DNA of 64,000 nucleotides, taken from assembly GCA_965287045.1 (NCBI GenBank), contig OZ336891.1, forward strand, positions 42,284,001 to 42,348,000, given 5' to 3'. The position numbers and the translations under genes are program-made. This DNA is from Carcharhinus amblyrhynchos (taxonomy: Eukaryota). Under the pieces are notes generated by a model. The model searched no databases, was not told the origin of the DNA, and was given only the letters and a program-made list of their open reading frames with translations. Position 1 is the first letter of the stretch, and each line of letters opens with the position of its first letter. Shown one piece after another: positions 47,885-60,700 of the stretch.

Positions 47885-48168
47885 CATGGCGGTTAGCACT
47901 GCTGCCTCACAGCGCCAGGGATGCGTGTTTGATTCCTGACTTGGGTCGCTGTGTGGAGTCTGCACATTCTCCCTGTGTCGGTGTGGGTTTCCTCTAGGTG
48001 CTCCAGTTTTCTCCCAGTCTGAAAGATGTACTGTTTGTTTGCATTGGCCACGCTAAATTCTCCCTCAGTGTACCCAAACAGGCACTGGAGTGTGGCAACT
48101 AGGGGATTTTCACTGTAATTTAATTGAAGTGTTAATGTAGGTCTGCTTGTGACACTAATAAATAAACT
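47885..48168 (+). mobile_element. V-SINE type B; further copies at 50165-50387(-), 52331-52630(+), 55620-55918(-), 57230-57525(-), 62135-62405(-)
   Basis: Head and V core plus CTAAATTCTCCCTCAGTGTACCC...GTGACACTAATAAATAAAC tail. Confidence 0.9.
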
Positions 48169-50409
48169 GTCTAAAATTGTCACAGTGTAATTTCACCCTC
48201 CTACTAGTGGTGGCACAGCAGCACAAATGTTTGAAGTATAGAAACATAGAAAAACTACAGCACAATACAGGCCCTTCGGCCCACAATGTTGTGCCACACA
48301 TGTCCCTAACTTAAAACTAAATGACAAATAGAAAAAAGTAGGCAGAGTATTTGCTGCTACTGCCCTCTGAACCACGATCTCTATCTCTCAGCTACTCAGT
48401 CTCAATACTCAGCCTGTTGTTTATAAAGGATATTGTCAGCTGCAACTGCAAACATTAACCAGTGTGATGGTTTTCATTAATATATGGACTCAGGCTGATA
48501 CGGGTAATGGTGCTGCCCTGCTGCTGCTTCAGGCTGTTTTTACAAAAGAGACAATCAGCGCTCGGGAAAATCGGTTAATTAATACACAGAAAATTAGTCC
48601 TCGAAAAGGTACAATTTCTCAGTGTGTTCTCCTGGAATACTGAGGCAATTTTTATCCATTGAAACTTCCACTTCTGTTTGATATTTAATTCACATCTTAG
48701 TCACAAACATAAAACGTGGCAAGCGGAATGGCATTCTTTTAGAGATTGCCTTGGGCATCAGATTTTTCGCAACTTCATCTTCTGCATCAGTTTATTCCTC
48801 TGGCCCTGGGAAAACTTGTGCTTATATAACAACTTCAACACAGTAAAATGTAGCAAGGTGCTTCAGAAGAATTTAACACTGAGTTAATGCGATAACTGCC
48901 ACAAGGTCCATGGAAATCACTGATTAATCTCCCTGTGGGCTCGTTGAGTATGAGTTCATCTGGTAACAGGCAGTGGCCTGCCCAGCTGGAATTCATTTCC
49001 TGAGCCTTTTGTAAGGCAGGCCCAGGACTGGGCCTGCTGAACTGTCATCCCAGGCAGGGGCTAGTGTATATCACGGTAGTGGTTTTACTTTGCACTCTGT
49101 AATAAACTATGCTCTTTTTTAGTTGGGCTCCATGAGTCATTACAGGAGATTTTAGGGCAGATGTTCAAGAACACAATCAAAGAAATAGTTTTTAAGGAGC
49201 ATCTTAAAGAGGATAGAGGGATAGAGAGGGAATTTCAAAGCTGAAGGCACGGCTGCCGATGGTGGAGAGATTAAATCGGGGATTTGCTAGATGCCAGAAT
49301 TGGAAGAGCACTGATATATCGGTGGGGGTTTTGCGAGACTGGAGAATATTGATAACAGTCAGAAGGCCATGGAGAAATTGAAAAGATGATGGGGTGTTTT
49401 AAAATCAGGATGCTGCTTAACTGGGTGCTACTTAGGTCAACAGCCATTGAGGCGATGGGTAAATGTGACGAACATCAAAAACTTCTGTCAAAGTCCATTC
49501 ACAAAAGGCATCATCTCCGAGCACAGGCAGATGTTTTAAGAAAAACGCTTTGAATAAAACAGTTAGAATATTGACCAATTCAGAAGACAGGTCTTGCATG
49601 CAGGCGGGAATTAAGGGTGTCCATGGCAACCATGTCCTTGTTCTAGGGTAAGACCTCGAATCAAAGCTGATGGACAGAAATGTTTTCCTCTGCTACGTAT
49701 TTACTAAAATAAAGCAACATCCTTCAGCAACCATCTAGTTTGTGACAAGTAATTTTAAATATTACACAACCAATCGTTTCAACTCAGCCCCCGCCAGTTT
49801 ATGAATTTACCTGGAACAGCTGCATAAAGTTCTATTTATTATTTTGAGCAGTAAAACCAGTTTATATGTGGCAGAAAAATCTGGGTATTGTGCAGTTCTG
49901 GTCATTTACATTTTCTTTTAGCCAGCAAAGTTTTGCAATGTGATTTCTTGCTAAGGTAAATTTTCTTTTAACAGCAATTGGTTTTGTTGGCAACCTGCCT
50001 CCTACATACCCCAGACAGCAACTTATCCTAATGTGGGACTGAACATTAAACCTGAGTTATAGCAAACCATGCACAGTGATTCTTGACCCAATAGAGACAG
50101 TTTGAGCCAGAGAAAGAGAGGGAAATTGTAACAATCCCTGACTTACCCTCTCTTTCTTCCCTCTTAAAGTAAAGTAAGCTTACATTAACACTGCAATGAA
50201 GTTACTGTGAAACATTCCAGCACCTATTCGGGTCAATGCACCTAACTAGCACGTCTTTCAGACTGTGGGAGGAAACCGGAGCACCCGGAGGAAACTCCAC
50301 ACGGACAGTGACCCAAGGCCAGAATAGAAAGCAGGTCCCTGCCGCTGTGAGGCAGCAACGCTAACCACTGTGCTACCATCCCGCCCCAGTGTTTCCTGTA
50401 TGGAGACAG

Positions 50410-50805
50410 AAGGCTCTTGGTTTCTTCGAGAATAGCCTAGTACTTCACGTCGTTAGTGTACGCTTAAACTGGACCAGATGCTGGGCAACACAACAGCTCA
50501 GTGACCATCACTGTTTGCTGTGCAGACACATGGATTTGGGCCAGTATCTGTGGGAGTTTGCGCATTCTCCTTGTGCTTGTGTGGGTTTTCTCCGGGTGCT
50601 CCGGTTTCCTCCCACACTCCAAAGATGTGCTATTGGGCTGATTGGTGAAACAAATTGTCCCTGAATTAGTCTTCCCTCAATGTGGAATGCCATAAGCATA
50701 GACAAGGGTCATGGGTAGAGGGGGACTCATAATGTTAAAATGGCGGCATGGGGTCATTGGGCCGAAGGGCCTGTTTCCTGTGCTGTTTTGTTTTTTGTTC
50801 TTTGT
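50410..50805 (+). mobile_element. Chimeric CR1-remnant + V-core element
   Basis: Non-tRNA head GCCTAGTACTTCACGTCGTTAGTGTACGCTTAAACTGGACCAGATGCTGGGC, V core at ~50545-50650, TTCTTTG tail. Confidence 0.8.
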
Positions 50806-53800
50806 GATCCTTTGTGGGGAAAAGTGTTGACAGTCTCTCTTGAATCTAAAAATCCCCATATATAGATGAGTTTTTAACTTTGACTTGAACATGCTTCGAT
50901 TATTCTGCTAAACTGTCCACTCTACATCTAAAAAAAACTTTCATAATTACAGATGCAACTCAAAATCTAGAATTTCATTTAAAAAGGCTCATTATTAAAA
51001 TCTACCATGATGCTGAGACCTGTCCCATAAGGTTTTGTAGGCTTGTTGGGTGTGTGAAGAACTTACACAATTTTATGTTAAAATGATGCCAGTGCCCAAT
51101 AAGACCTTGATTTGTGTGTGTCTCCTGCAGCCTCCACCTCTTCATGGTTAACACCGTGAAAAGAAAAGTGCATTTGAAATATGGCAATGGGTGAGGACAA
51201 ACCCTCTGCATCGATTTCAACCATCCACCTGGTCTGCCCTTGCCAGGCTGGCTGGGTAAAAAAAAAACCCCATTCACCAACTAAGCAGGGCTAAAATGAA
51301 CCTGCTCGGAACGTGCGTACATTTTCCTTCTCTATTGTTTCCTGCCAGGATCCTCAGCTGTCAGTGACATTTGAACTTTTCACTCCCAAAACAAGGCTGA
51401 CAAGAAGGATGACACGCAAGACTAAGTACTCTGAACTAGAGGCATTGCGTTTCCAGAACTATGTTGCCGGTGCTTGGAATTTTGATTAGCAAAAGCTGAA
51501 ATATCTACCAGCTCATCATGTTAGCATCCAGTGTAAAACTTGTGGCCTGCAACAAAAGATCATCTGTACCACCAAGGAGTCATGGTTCATTTGTTAAAGC
51601 CTTTGTGTTGGCCAACATGTTTTTTCATCTTGAGGTCTCAGGGCACAGTAATTCAGAGCAGTGTACTGAAAGCAAATGTCTCTGAAATCTCGATGGAACA
51701 CGTCTAGTGTGCTGTAATAGCACTACCAGCACAAGGAAGCAGGGTAGTAAGGGAGAACATTGTTAAATTATTTACACAGAGTAATTTCAGGAAAAGGGGC
51801 TACTCCTTGGGGGTCAATATCATCTTGTTCTGCACATTCCATCTGACTATATTGTCTTGTATTCCAGGATAAGTAAAGCTCCAGTAACTTAAATTGACGT
51901 TGAAAGCCTTGGAACTTATACCGCACGATTTCTTAGCTGAGTTTGCTTTACTGAACATTTCACTGTCCCCTTTCTCCCTGATCCTGCATCCCTCATTATC
52001 CAGCCTGCGGCCCCTGTCAATGGTCAGTGCTAACAATAGATTCAATTTGCATGCTTGACACTTTGCGTGTGTGCGTGTTGTGTGGCTGTGCATGTGACAC
52101 AAGATAACTGGGGATGTCACATCTATGTATGTGCCAAAACCTTATCTGTGGTGTGATTCATCCAGCTTTGTGTATGCATTCTGATCCTTCCAGTTTCCGG
52201 GCTTATCCAGATTTATTCTCAACAGCGTCTTGGTGCTTTTTAGTGAATGGAATTGCTCTGAGACAGGTGTATGCAACCTACTGGGGCTGGGTTTAAACTG
52301 TGAGATCAGTCATATCGGATTACATAATAGGGTGGCACGTTAGCACAGTGGTCAGCACTGCTGCCTCACAGCACCAAGGTTCGATTCCCAGCTTAGGTGA
52401 CTGTCCGTGTGGAGTCTGCATGTTCTTTCTGTGTCTGCATGGGTTTCCTCTGGGTGCTCCAGTTTCCTCCCACGGTCGGAAAGATGTGCTGGTTAGGTGC
52501 ATTGGCCATGCTGAATTCTCCTTCAGTGTCCCCAAACAGGTGCTGGAGTGTGGTGACTGAGGGATTTTCTCAATAACCTTATGGTAGTGTTAATGATGTA
52601 AGCCGACTTGAGACACTAATAAATAAATAACAATAATTCAAGTCCCACATGTGAAAAAGAAAGAGATTCCCCCCTTTCCCCACACCCTGCTCCATGCACA
52701 AATTAACAAGATCTCCTCAAGCACTAAAATGAGAAACACTCATTCAATCATCCATTTCCTTTCTGTTTCATTGTCCTCCCCATTTTACCATTCTCTCTCT
52801 TCTGCCAAAGGCATTGTGTTTTTCCTAGGTCTTCCCAATCTCCTATTTTTGTGTATTCTCTCTGTGTTTCTTTCTCTCTTTTTATTTCTCACTTTAGGGC
52901 ATGATGGATCTTTTAACAGGTTCCATGATCTTCAACAATATGATTCCCATTCCAAAAGATGTTTTTTTTTTGTTAATTCTCTGTGCAGGAGGCCAAGTCA
53001 CTGAGTATATTTAAGAAGGGGTGCGATTCTCATTTTGGCCTTTACAGAGTGAGAGCTTGTGAGAGGTCCCGGGTTCCTCTATAGACAGTTAAATGGGTGA
53101 GATGTGTATAGAGGAGTATGGGCCAAACACGGGCAATTGGGAATAGATTAGAGGTAAAAAAACTGGACAGCAGGGACGAGTTGGGCCGAAGGGTCTGTTT
53201 CCATGTTGTAAATCTCTATGATCACTGAGGAAATAAATAGATTTCTAGACTCTGAAGATGTCAGGGGGAGAGTGGTGTTGAGATAGGGGATCAAACATGA
53301 TCATATTGAATATAAAGACCACGCTCGAAGTTTCAATATGGGGGACCCCAGGATAATAAATTTGCAAATCATTATAAAGCCTCTATGCCTGATCGTCCCT
53401 ATCACTCCCCCACCTCTCCTCAGCCCCCATCCATTAAGTAATCCATTCACATCAGCATGGCTGCAGGTTGGCATGAATTGTAACTGGTCTCCTATGGCGT
53501 GCATCTGGCAGCTGGCTCACCAGTGGAGCTCAGGTGAATGCATCATTCAGGGGGAAGGATCATGGCTGGGCACTTTGCCTTGGCACTATCCCTCACCACT
53601 GACCCCTGGCAGGGGTGGTTTTGTGGGTTGATCCATGGGGAGTTTCCATTTTAATTTTTGTGCATCTGGACTGCCTTTGAAAATGACACCCCGATCTGTA
53701 CAAAATAAAGTTGCGGGTGAGGTGGGATCAATCAGAGCCAGAGTGACATTGTACCCCTCCAACTTTTATGAACCAAGTTCCTGGCAATGTGGCAGAGAAA

Positions 53801-54469
53801 GGTGTTACTAATGCCAGCAGGTTTAATGTTGCTGTTCCCACCCACTGCCACACTCTGCAAAAAAAGTAAAATTCCACCCATTGTTCCCACTCCAAATTTT
53901 ATTCCCTCGCTACTGACTTCATCCCTTTCCCTAGCAACAGTCTGGGATTAAAGTAATCTGTTTGCAATCTTGGTGTCTCATGCCTTCACGAGGATTTTAT
54001 ATCTCTGCCTCAGTGGCATTATTCTTTGAATTGTGCTGTTTGAAATTAGATCTTTCTTTGGAGACTGCTGTATGTGAGTCAAAAGGCAAATGTCTGTCTG
54101 GATACCTGTCCAGAGGTTGGACAGATTGGTAAATAGCATCCACATGAGCTAAATATTGTGCTAATTCATTCTGAAGAAGGATGTAAGCCAGTGAGGATAT
54201 TGTTTAAATTGGAGCTACAGTTTCCTTTTAAGAATTCCACTGTGTTATGTTTATGTATTTTAATTAGTAAAAGTAATGCTAATTCTTTTTGTTACATTCC
54301 GATTGTGTTGCTAAATAAAGTTTGTTTTAATAAAAGTTTCTTAGCGGACAAATTGAATTATATCTGGAGTGAAATTCGCTCTATTGCCAAAATCAAAAAA
54401 AGTTGGGGGGGTTTAGGCTAACTTCATGACATACTTTGGAATTTCTGATCTGGTCCCTTATCAAACTCC

Positions 54470-54965
54470 TCCCACATTCCACCCTCCAGTAACTTAAATT
54501 CATCCAACCCATGCCTCAGCTCACAGCTATTCTGTTCCCCTATTCCCCCCTGTGCTGCTGGTTGACCAACATCGGCTCCCAGTCAAACAATGCCTTGATG
54601 TTAAAGCTCTTCTCCTCGTTTTCAAATGCCGCCATGGCTTTGCCCCTTCCTATCTCTGTATTCTCCTCCAGCACTAGAATCCTCCCTGATAGCTGCTCTT
54701 CTCTAAATCTGCTGTCTTGTACACCCTGGATTGTAATGGCTTTACTGCTGCTGGCTGCTTCTTCCGTTGCCTAAGCCCCCAAGCTCTGGAATTTCTCATC
54801 CTATCTACACTTTCCACCTTTACGCCATTCCTTAAAACCCAAATCATTGACCAAGCCTTGGGTCATCTGACCCAACTCGTTTTGTGGCATAATGTCGCAC
54901 TTTGTTGTGTCACTCTCCTGTTAAGCACCTTGGGGCCTTTTACTTATATAAATATAAGTTGTCAT
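54470..54965 (+). mobile_element. L2-clade LINE 3' remnant
   Basis: CATCGGCTCCCAGTC..(H.LPV) ...TTTTCAAATGCC..CCATGGCTTTGCCCCTTCCTATCTC (FK..HG.AP.YL); L2-like tail. Confidence 0.65.
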
Positions 54966-55289
54966 AGTAATTGTGTCTAAGTGAGTTGGAACATGGTGAC
55001 GGAAGTTGTCACGTTGGAAGTTTGTTCAAACTCAGTGTTGAGTATCAGGTACCATTTTGCATGTTTTGACTAATGTCTCACCAGCTCCTCAAATCTCCTA
55101 TCTGAGAAAGTAATGAAGCTTTAATATCCACAAGCATATTTTTAGAGATGATTAACTCCTTAAAAATAATTTAAATATGAGCTTGGCAAATATTCAATCT
55201 GTTTGGGAATAGAACTGCCAGTTAGGATTGAATTAGGCAGAAACTAATATCACGTAGTTATTCTTTTTCCTGTTTGATGGATGAATGAA

Positions 55290-55562
55290 GGTGGCACAGT
55301 GGTTAGTACTGTGATCTCACAGCACCAGGGACCCAGGTTTGATTCCAGCCTTGGGTGACTGTGTGAAGTTTGCATGTTCTCCCCATGTCTCTGTGGGTTT
55401 CCTCCAGCTGCTCCGGTTTCCTTCCACAGTCCAGAAATGTCCGGGTTAGGTGGATTGGCCACGGGGATAGAGTGGGAGAGTGAGCCTAGGTAGAGTGCTC
55501 TTTCAGGGGATGGATGTAGATTTGATGGACTGAATGGCCTCCTCCTACACTGTAGGGATTCT
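55290..55562 (+). mobile_element. HE1 V-SINE; further copies at 41820-42040(-), 45775-45950(+), 60308-60667(-), 61942-62490(+, split), 62590-62950(+), 3' halves at 36800-36965 and 37760-37895
   Basis: Canonical head, V core and CR1-type tail. Confidence 0.9.
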
Positions 55563-57102
55563 CCTACAGAAATGGTGTCTGAAGAGCTCCGGCTCAGGGA
55601 TGGATGGCAGAGACATTAAGTTAAAGTTTAAGGTTTAAAGTTTATTTATTCATGTCACAAGTAGGCTTACATTAATACCGTAATGAAGTTACTATGAAAA
55701 TCCCCTAGCCGCCACACTCCAGCACCTGTTTGGGTACACTGAGGGAGAATTTAGCATGGCCACATATATCAGATTGTGTGGGAAGAAACCTGAGCACCCA
55801 AGGAAAGCCACACCAATATGGGGAGGATGTACAAACTCAGTGGACGGTGACCCTAGCCAGGAATCGAACCCGGGTCCCTGGCACTGTGAGACAGCAGTGC
55901 TTACTACTGTACCACCCGCTCAATGCATATCCCTCAGTTTTGCACGATTGTCTTTGGGGATTAGGAATATCATATGCAGAACCCTCCCTCATGAGATTAA
56001 ACAGGAGCATTAGAGGCCCCAGTAGATTGAATTCGATATAATCTATAAAGGAGTGAATCTGAGGGATCAAAAGGCCTTCCGTACTTCCACTTCACATCAC
56101 TGTTATTCACATCGCTGTATACCGAGTGGACACATTCAGTACAAAAACCGATCTGGGCACGAAGGTGGACTTTAAACCCAATACATGATTCAGAACAGAA
56201 AGTGCGCAAAGCACATCCTTCACTGAACTCCAGCCTCCTCCCCACATAACCTCTGGCTGTCTGAGTGTTTTTTTTTTCATTTTGGTTAATTGAATAATCA
56301 GCTATCGATTGAAAGAAGAGATTTAGAATCCCGCAAAAACAGATTACTATTCATCCAGCCCAACTGAACATCACACAAGGCTAGCGATTTTGCCTCACCC
56401 TCCATACAGCTGCAAGGATTAAAGCTCATGAATAAAGAATGTCAATATGAAGCATCCATCTATTTTTATCTATGGTAGGCTTGCCTTTACCCCCGTAAGT
56501 ACAGCCACACTCTAGTATATTTTACATCCTTAAAGTGCAGACTATAAAAATCAGTAAAATAGTAAAACACGCAGGATTAACCTCTGCTTCCTATAGAACA
56601 CCATTTCTTGACAAGCTGAAACAAAAGCTTAAGTCTGCAAGATTAAGAATCAGGACTGCATATTATAACTCAGAAGAAGCATCCAGCCGAATCGTTGCTG
56701 ATTCTCTCCACACTGCAGTTCATTTCCATGGCATTTCTGTTTTCAGATTCTCCAAGCTAATTTATATCAGCTTTCCTTGTATGTTTAGCACTGTGTTGTG
56801 TGCACCCTCACAGCTCTGGGGTGAAGGAGCAGCCTGACAAGAAACAGTCTTAATGCAGAGGTAAGTAGTGACAACACAAGCCTCTAATTAAGATAAATTG
56901 TTCAGCTGTAGGCAAAAGTTAGGCTTATCCAGTGAACGTACAAACTGGGGTACAGGTCAGACCAACTGGTAACATCCTTCTCTCTGACCTGTCCCAGGTG
57001 TCAGGGGTTTAAAAGGACTGCCAAAGGTGACAATGCAGTGCTGTGCTGAGGGAATGCCACAGTGTCAGAGATCCTTTAAAGGAAGTATTGAATTGAGATT
57101 CT

Positions 57103-57215
57103 GGCCGGAATTTTACCCAGAATCCGGGCAGATGAGGCTCGCAGGACGGAATTCTCCATTGGCCTTGGGCAGGATTTTACAAGCCTCACTCCAGCGAGAT
57201 CGTAAAATCGCAGCC
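57103..57215. mobile_element. PIF/Harbinger-type MITE inside a DeuSINE (~57020-57720)
   Basis: TIRs GGCCGGAATTTTAC / GTAAAATCGCAGCC; 3-bp TSD TCT. Confidence 0.7.
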
Positions 57216-58054
57216 TCTGTCTTTTCTAAAATTTATTTCCTGGTGTCACAAGTAGGCTTACATTAACACTGTGATGAAGTTACTGTGAAAATCCCCGAGT
57301 CGCCACACTCCGGCATCCGTTCGGGTACACTGAGGGAGAATTTAACATGGTCAATGCACCCAACTAGCACGTCTTTCAGACTGGGGGAGAAAACCAGAGC
57401 ACTTGGAGGAAACCCACGCAAATCCAAAGAGAATGTGCAGGCTCCACACAGACAGTGACCCAAGCCAGGAATCAAACCAGGGTCCCTGGTGCTGTGAGGC
57501 AGCAGTGCTAGCCACCATACTGCCCCACTGGACCGTGTCTGCTTGTTCGGGTGGATGTTAAATACCCCATGGTACTTTTGGAAGAGAAAGATGCCTTTCC
57601 TGAGTATCGTGCCCGACAGCCAATAATTCTGCAAAAAGAAACTATTAAAGGATTGATCATATCACTGCTGTTTGACGTACTTCATTGATGTAACATATTA
57701 GCCGCGCTGTAGTCACTGGCATTCACTTTATAGAAGTAGTCAAGATGTTTGGATTTCTTTAATGTATGCGTCAAGGACTGATAAATTAACAGGATGTAAT
57801 CCATCCCATAATCCTGAGTCGGGGAAACCTTCCCTTTTTGTTCCACTAAACGCCGGACTGGACTCTGGCAATCTGGATGCCAGTCGTGGTAACGTCTTGT
57901 CTCTGTGAACGGTATAAAAATTGATCATTTCATTGAATGGACTCGTAATCGAATTTTCGATTTGCTGATTCCTGTAATTTTTACCTTTGCTCCTGTCTGA
58001 AATTTCTCAGCTTGTAACTGATTAAGTTTTCATGAATCGCCCACTGCCATTTAC

Positions 58055-58640
58055 ATAGAAACTAGATGCAGGATTAGGCCATTCAACCCTTCGAACCTGC
58101 TCCGCCATTTATTTTGATCATGGCTGATCAACAAATTCAAATTCCTGACCCCCCTCCCCCCACTTCCTCGATCCCTTTAGCCCCAAGAGCTATATCTCAT
58201 TTCTTCTTGAAATCAGGCAATGTTTGGGCCTCAACTGCTTTCTGTAGTAGTGAATTCCACACATTCACTACTCTTTGGGTGAAGAAATTTCTCCCCACCT
58301 CAGTTCTAAAAGATTTATCCCTTATCCTCAAACTATGATCCCTAGTTCTGGACTCCCCCACCATTGCGAACATTCTTTCTGAATCTACCCTATCTAACCT
58401 GTTAGAGTTTTGTATATTTCTATGAAATTCTCTCACTCATCTAAATCCCAATGAATATAATCCTAACCGACTTGGACTCTGCTCATCTGACAGAGCTGCC
58501 ATCCCAGGAATCAGCCTGGTAAATCTTCGCTGTACTTTGTCTATAGCAAGGACATCCCTCCGCAGACAAGGTTACCAAAACTGCACACAATACTGCAGGT
58601 GTGGCTTCACCAATACCCTATACAATTGCAGCAAAAATTG
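58055..58640 (-). mobile_element. CR1 3' fragment
   Basis: LDRVDSERMF..GESRTRDHSLRI..FFTQRVVNVWNSL. Confidence 0.92.
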
Positions 58641-58686
58641 TATCTTTGATTCATCTGGCTTGGGAAGATCCACAGAACAAAATATA

Positions 58687-59928
58687 GGGGTGGAATAATC
58701 CCACCTGGAGGTTAAGTGTAATGGTGTGCAGTTTCAGCAGTGCCTGTCCCCCCAGCCAGAATGCTGAGATTCCGCACCAGATTCTGCACTTGAAAGCACT
58801 TTAATTATGTACAAGCCAGTTCCCTCTGACTCTCCTTACGCACTGGTAACTGATTCATCCATCTTCCCTCATCTGACAGGTTCAAAGGTGCAGTGCCAAT
58901 GTCACCAGCTCCAGCACACCTGCCTTCCCCAGTCCATGCAGGACACCATCAACACTAAGGGAAAAGCCTGGCAACCTCAGGTTTCTTCCTGGGTTCAACC
59001 ACCCTGATCCCAAGCACATCACCTGCCCATGCCTCACTCGGACCTCTACCTAATGCACCCGGAGTCTTCATGTATCCCCTTCCAGAAAATGATGTGATAT
59101 CCCTTTTACCCCCTGTCTGTGAGTTTGTCACACAGCTTGTCAGGACCCAGTTTCTCTCCCCTCAGTCTTCCTTTTGCCTTCCATTCTTCATCTTCTTCAT
59201 TCACCTCCTTGCCCCTCTGCCTGCCATTCTGAGCCCTCATCCTTCCCCCCCTCAACTTGCCCTTTTTCTAGATTGCCCCCCCTTCTCTTCACCAAGCCAC
59301 ATTCCAACACCTGTGGGCCTCACCTCGCACTCCACCCCAGTCAAAGTTTGGACCTTTATTGCTATGGAACATAGTTCCCACAGTGCTGTGCAGGCCAGAT
59401 GGACACTGGTGTGAGGCCCCTGGGGGGAGGAGACCCCTGTACTCCCCAACCCCAGGGGTAATGCTGATCTGACTTGGTGACACAGGTGGGTGTACGGATC
59501 AAGCAGCACAATGCTGTCCATGGAGACCATCTTGGCCTGGAGATAGTGGAGGAAGCAGTCTACCCTGGCAGAGTGATGAACAGCTCATCAAGTGCAGTGA
59601 TGCACTGTGGCAGAGGATTCATCCCAAAGTTTCTGGTGAACTGCCTTGTGCATGCCACTCTTTAGCAGGCGGGTTTGACACCAAATTCTCATTGGGGTGA
59701 TACAAAACTGAAAGACATGATGGGACACTGGCGGGCAGATGTTTTAATCAGCATTCATGAGACTCAAATGAATAGAAAAAAGTGCCACTTGCCAATGGGA
59801 AGAGTGAGCCCCCATTGGGAGAACTGCAATGGGATTATCCACCAATGGGTTCTCAACCTTTTGACTCACTCCTCCTCAGTGCGCCCGCCCACCACTAATC
59901 CCACAGGCTGGTTGGGAGAATTCTGCCC
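58687..59928. mobile_element. Longer Harbinger-type non-autonomous element
   Basis: Ends GGGGTGGAATAATCCCA / TGGGAGAATTCTGCCC resemble the MITE TIRs; GC-rich interior without an intact ORF. Confidence 0.45.
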
Positions 59929-59989
59929 TCTAGCTAACCAGCTTTTTAAAAATTTCCTTTGTTCCACATTAGGTCCCCTCATATAATGT

Positions 59990-60700
59990 CACAATGTTAA
60001 ACTCTCCAAGGCAATACTGAGAGAGGTGCTGCATTGTCAGAGGTGCGTAAACATAGCTGAAAGTAAATAATCCTTATAACTACTTCACAATTAGGGGAGT
60101 ATATTCCCAGTGTGATATTCAGCTCTCAATCACCAATAGCCCTAAAAAAAACCCTACAAATAGTCTAGTGTTTATCTCATTGGTGTTTGCGGGGCCATGC
60201 AAATTAGCCACAGTGTTTCCTACATTGCATCATTTACAACTACAATTTGTAAATATTTCATTGGCTATGAAGCACATTGAGATGAACTGAGATCATGAAA
60301 GCTTCTATCATAGAATCATAGAATCCCTACAGTGCAGAAGAGGCCATTCAGCCCATTGAGCCTGCACAGGCCCTTTGAAAAAGTATCTTACCCAGGTACT
60401 GTCCCCTGCCCTATCCCCTAGCTCCACACATTTCCCATGGCTAATCCATCTAACCTACACCTTTTGGGACACTAAGAATCAATTTCCCATGGCCAATCCA
60501 CCTAACCTGTACATCCTTGGAGTGTGGGAGGAAACCAGAACACCCAGAGGAAACCCACGCAAACACAGGGAGAATTGCGCTAACTCCACACAGACAGCCA
60601 CCCAAGGTTGGAATTGAACCTGGGCCCCTGGAGCCGTGATGCTGCCATACTAACCACTGTGCCACCCTTAAGGCGCTATGTAAATGTAAATCCTTTTCTT
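59990..60700 (+). mobile_element. DeuSINE split by an HE1 SINE; other DeuSINEs at ~43225-43410(+), 45240-45630(-), 63030-63375(-)
   Basis: GGTGCTGCATTGTCAGAGGTGC...TTCATTGGCTATGAAGCAC..GATCATGAAA|HE1|AAGGCGCTATGTAAATGTAAATCC. Confidence 0.8.

Noticed and set aside
51800-52120. 106-aa ORF in unique DNA
   Set aside because: No recognisable homology or exon boundaries; length compatible with chance.
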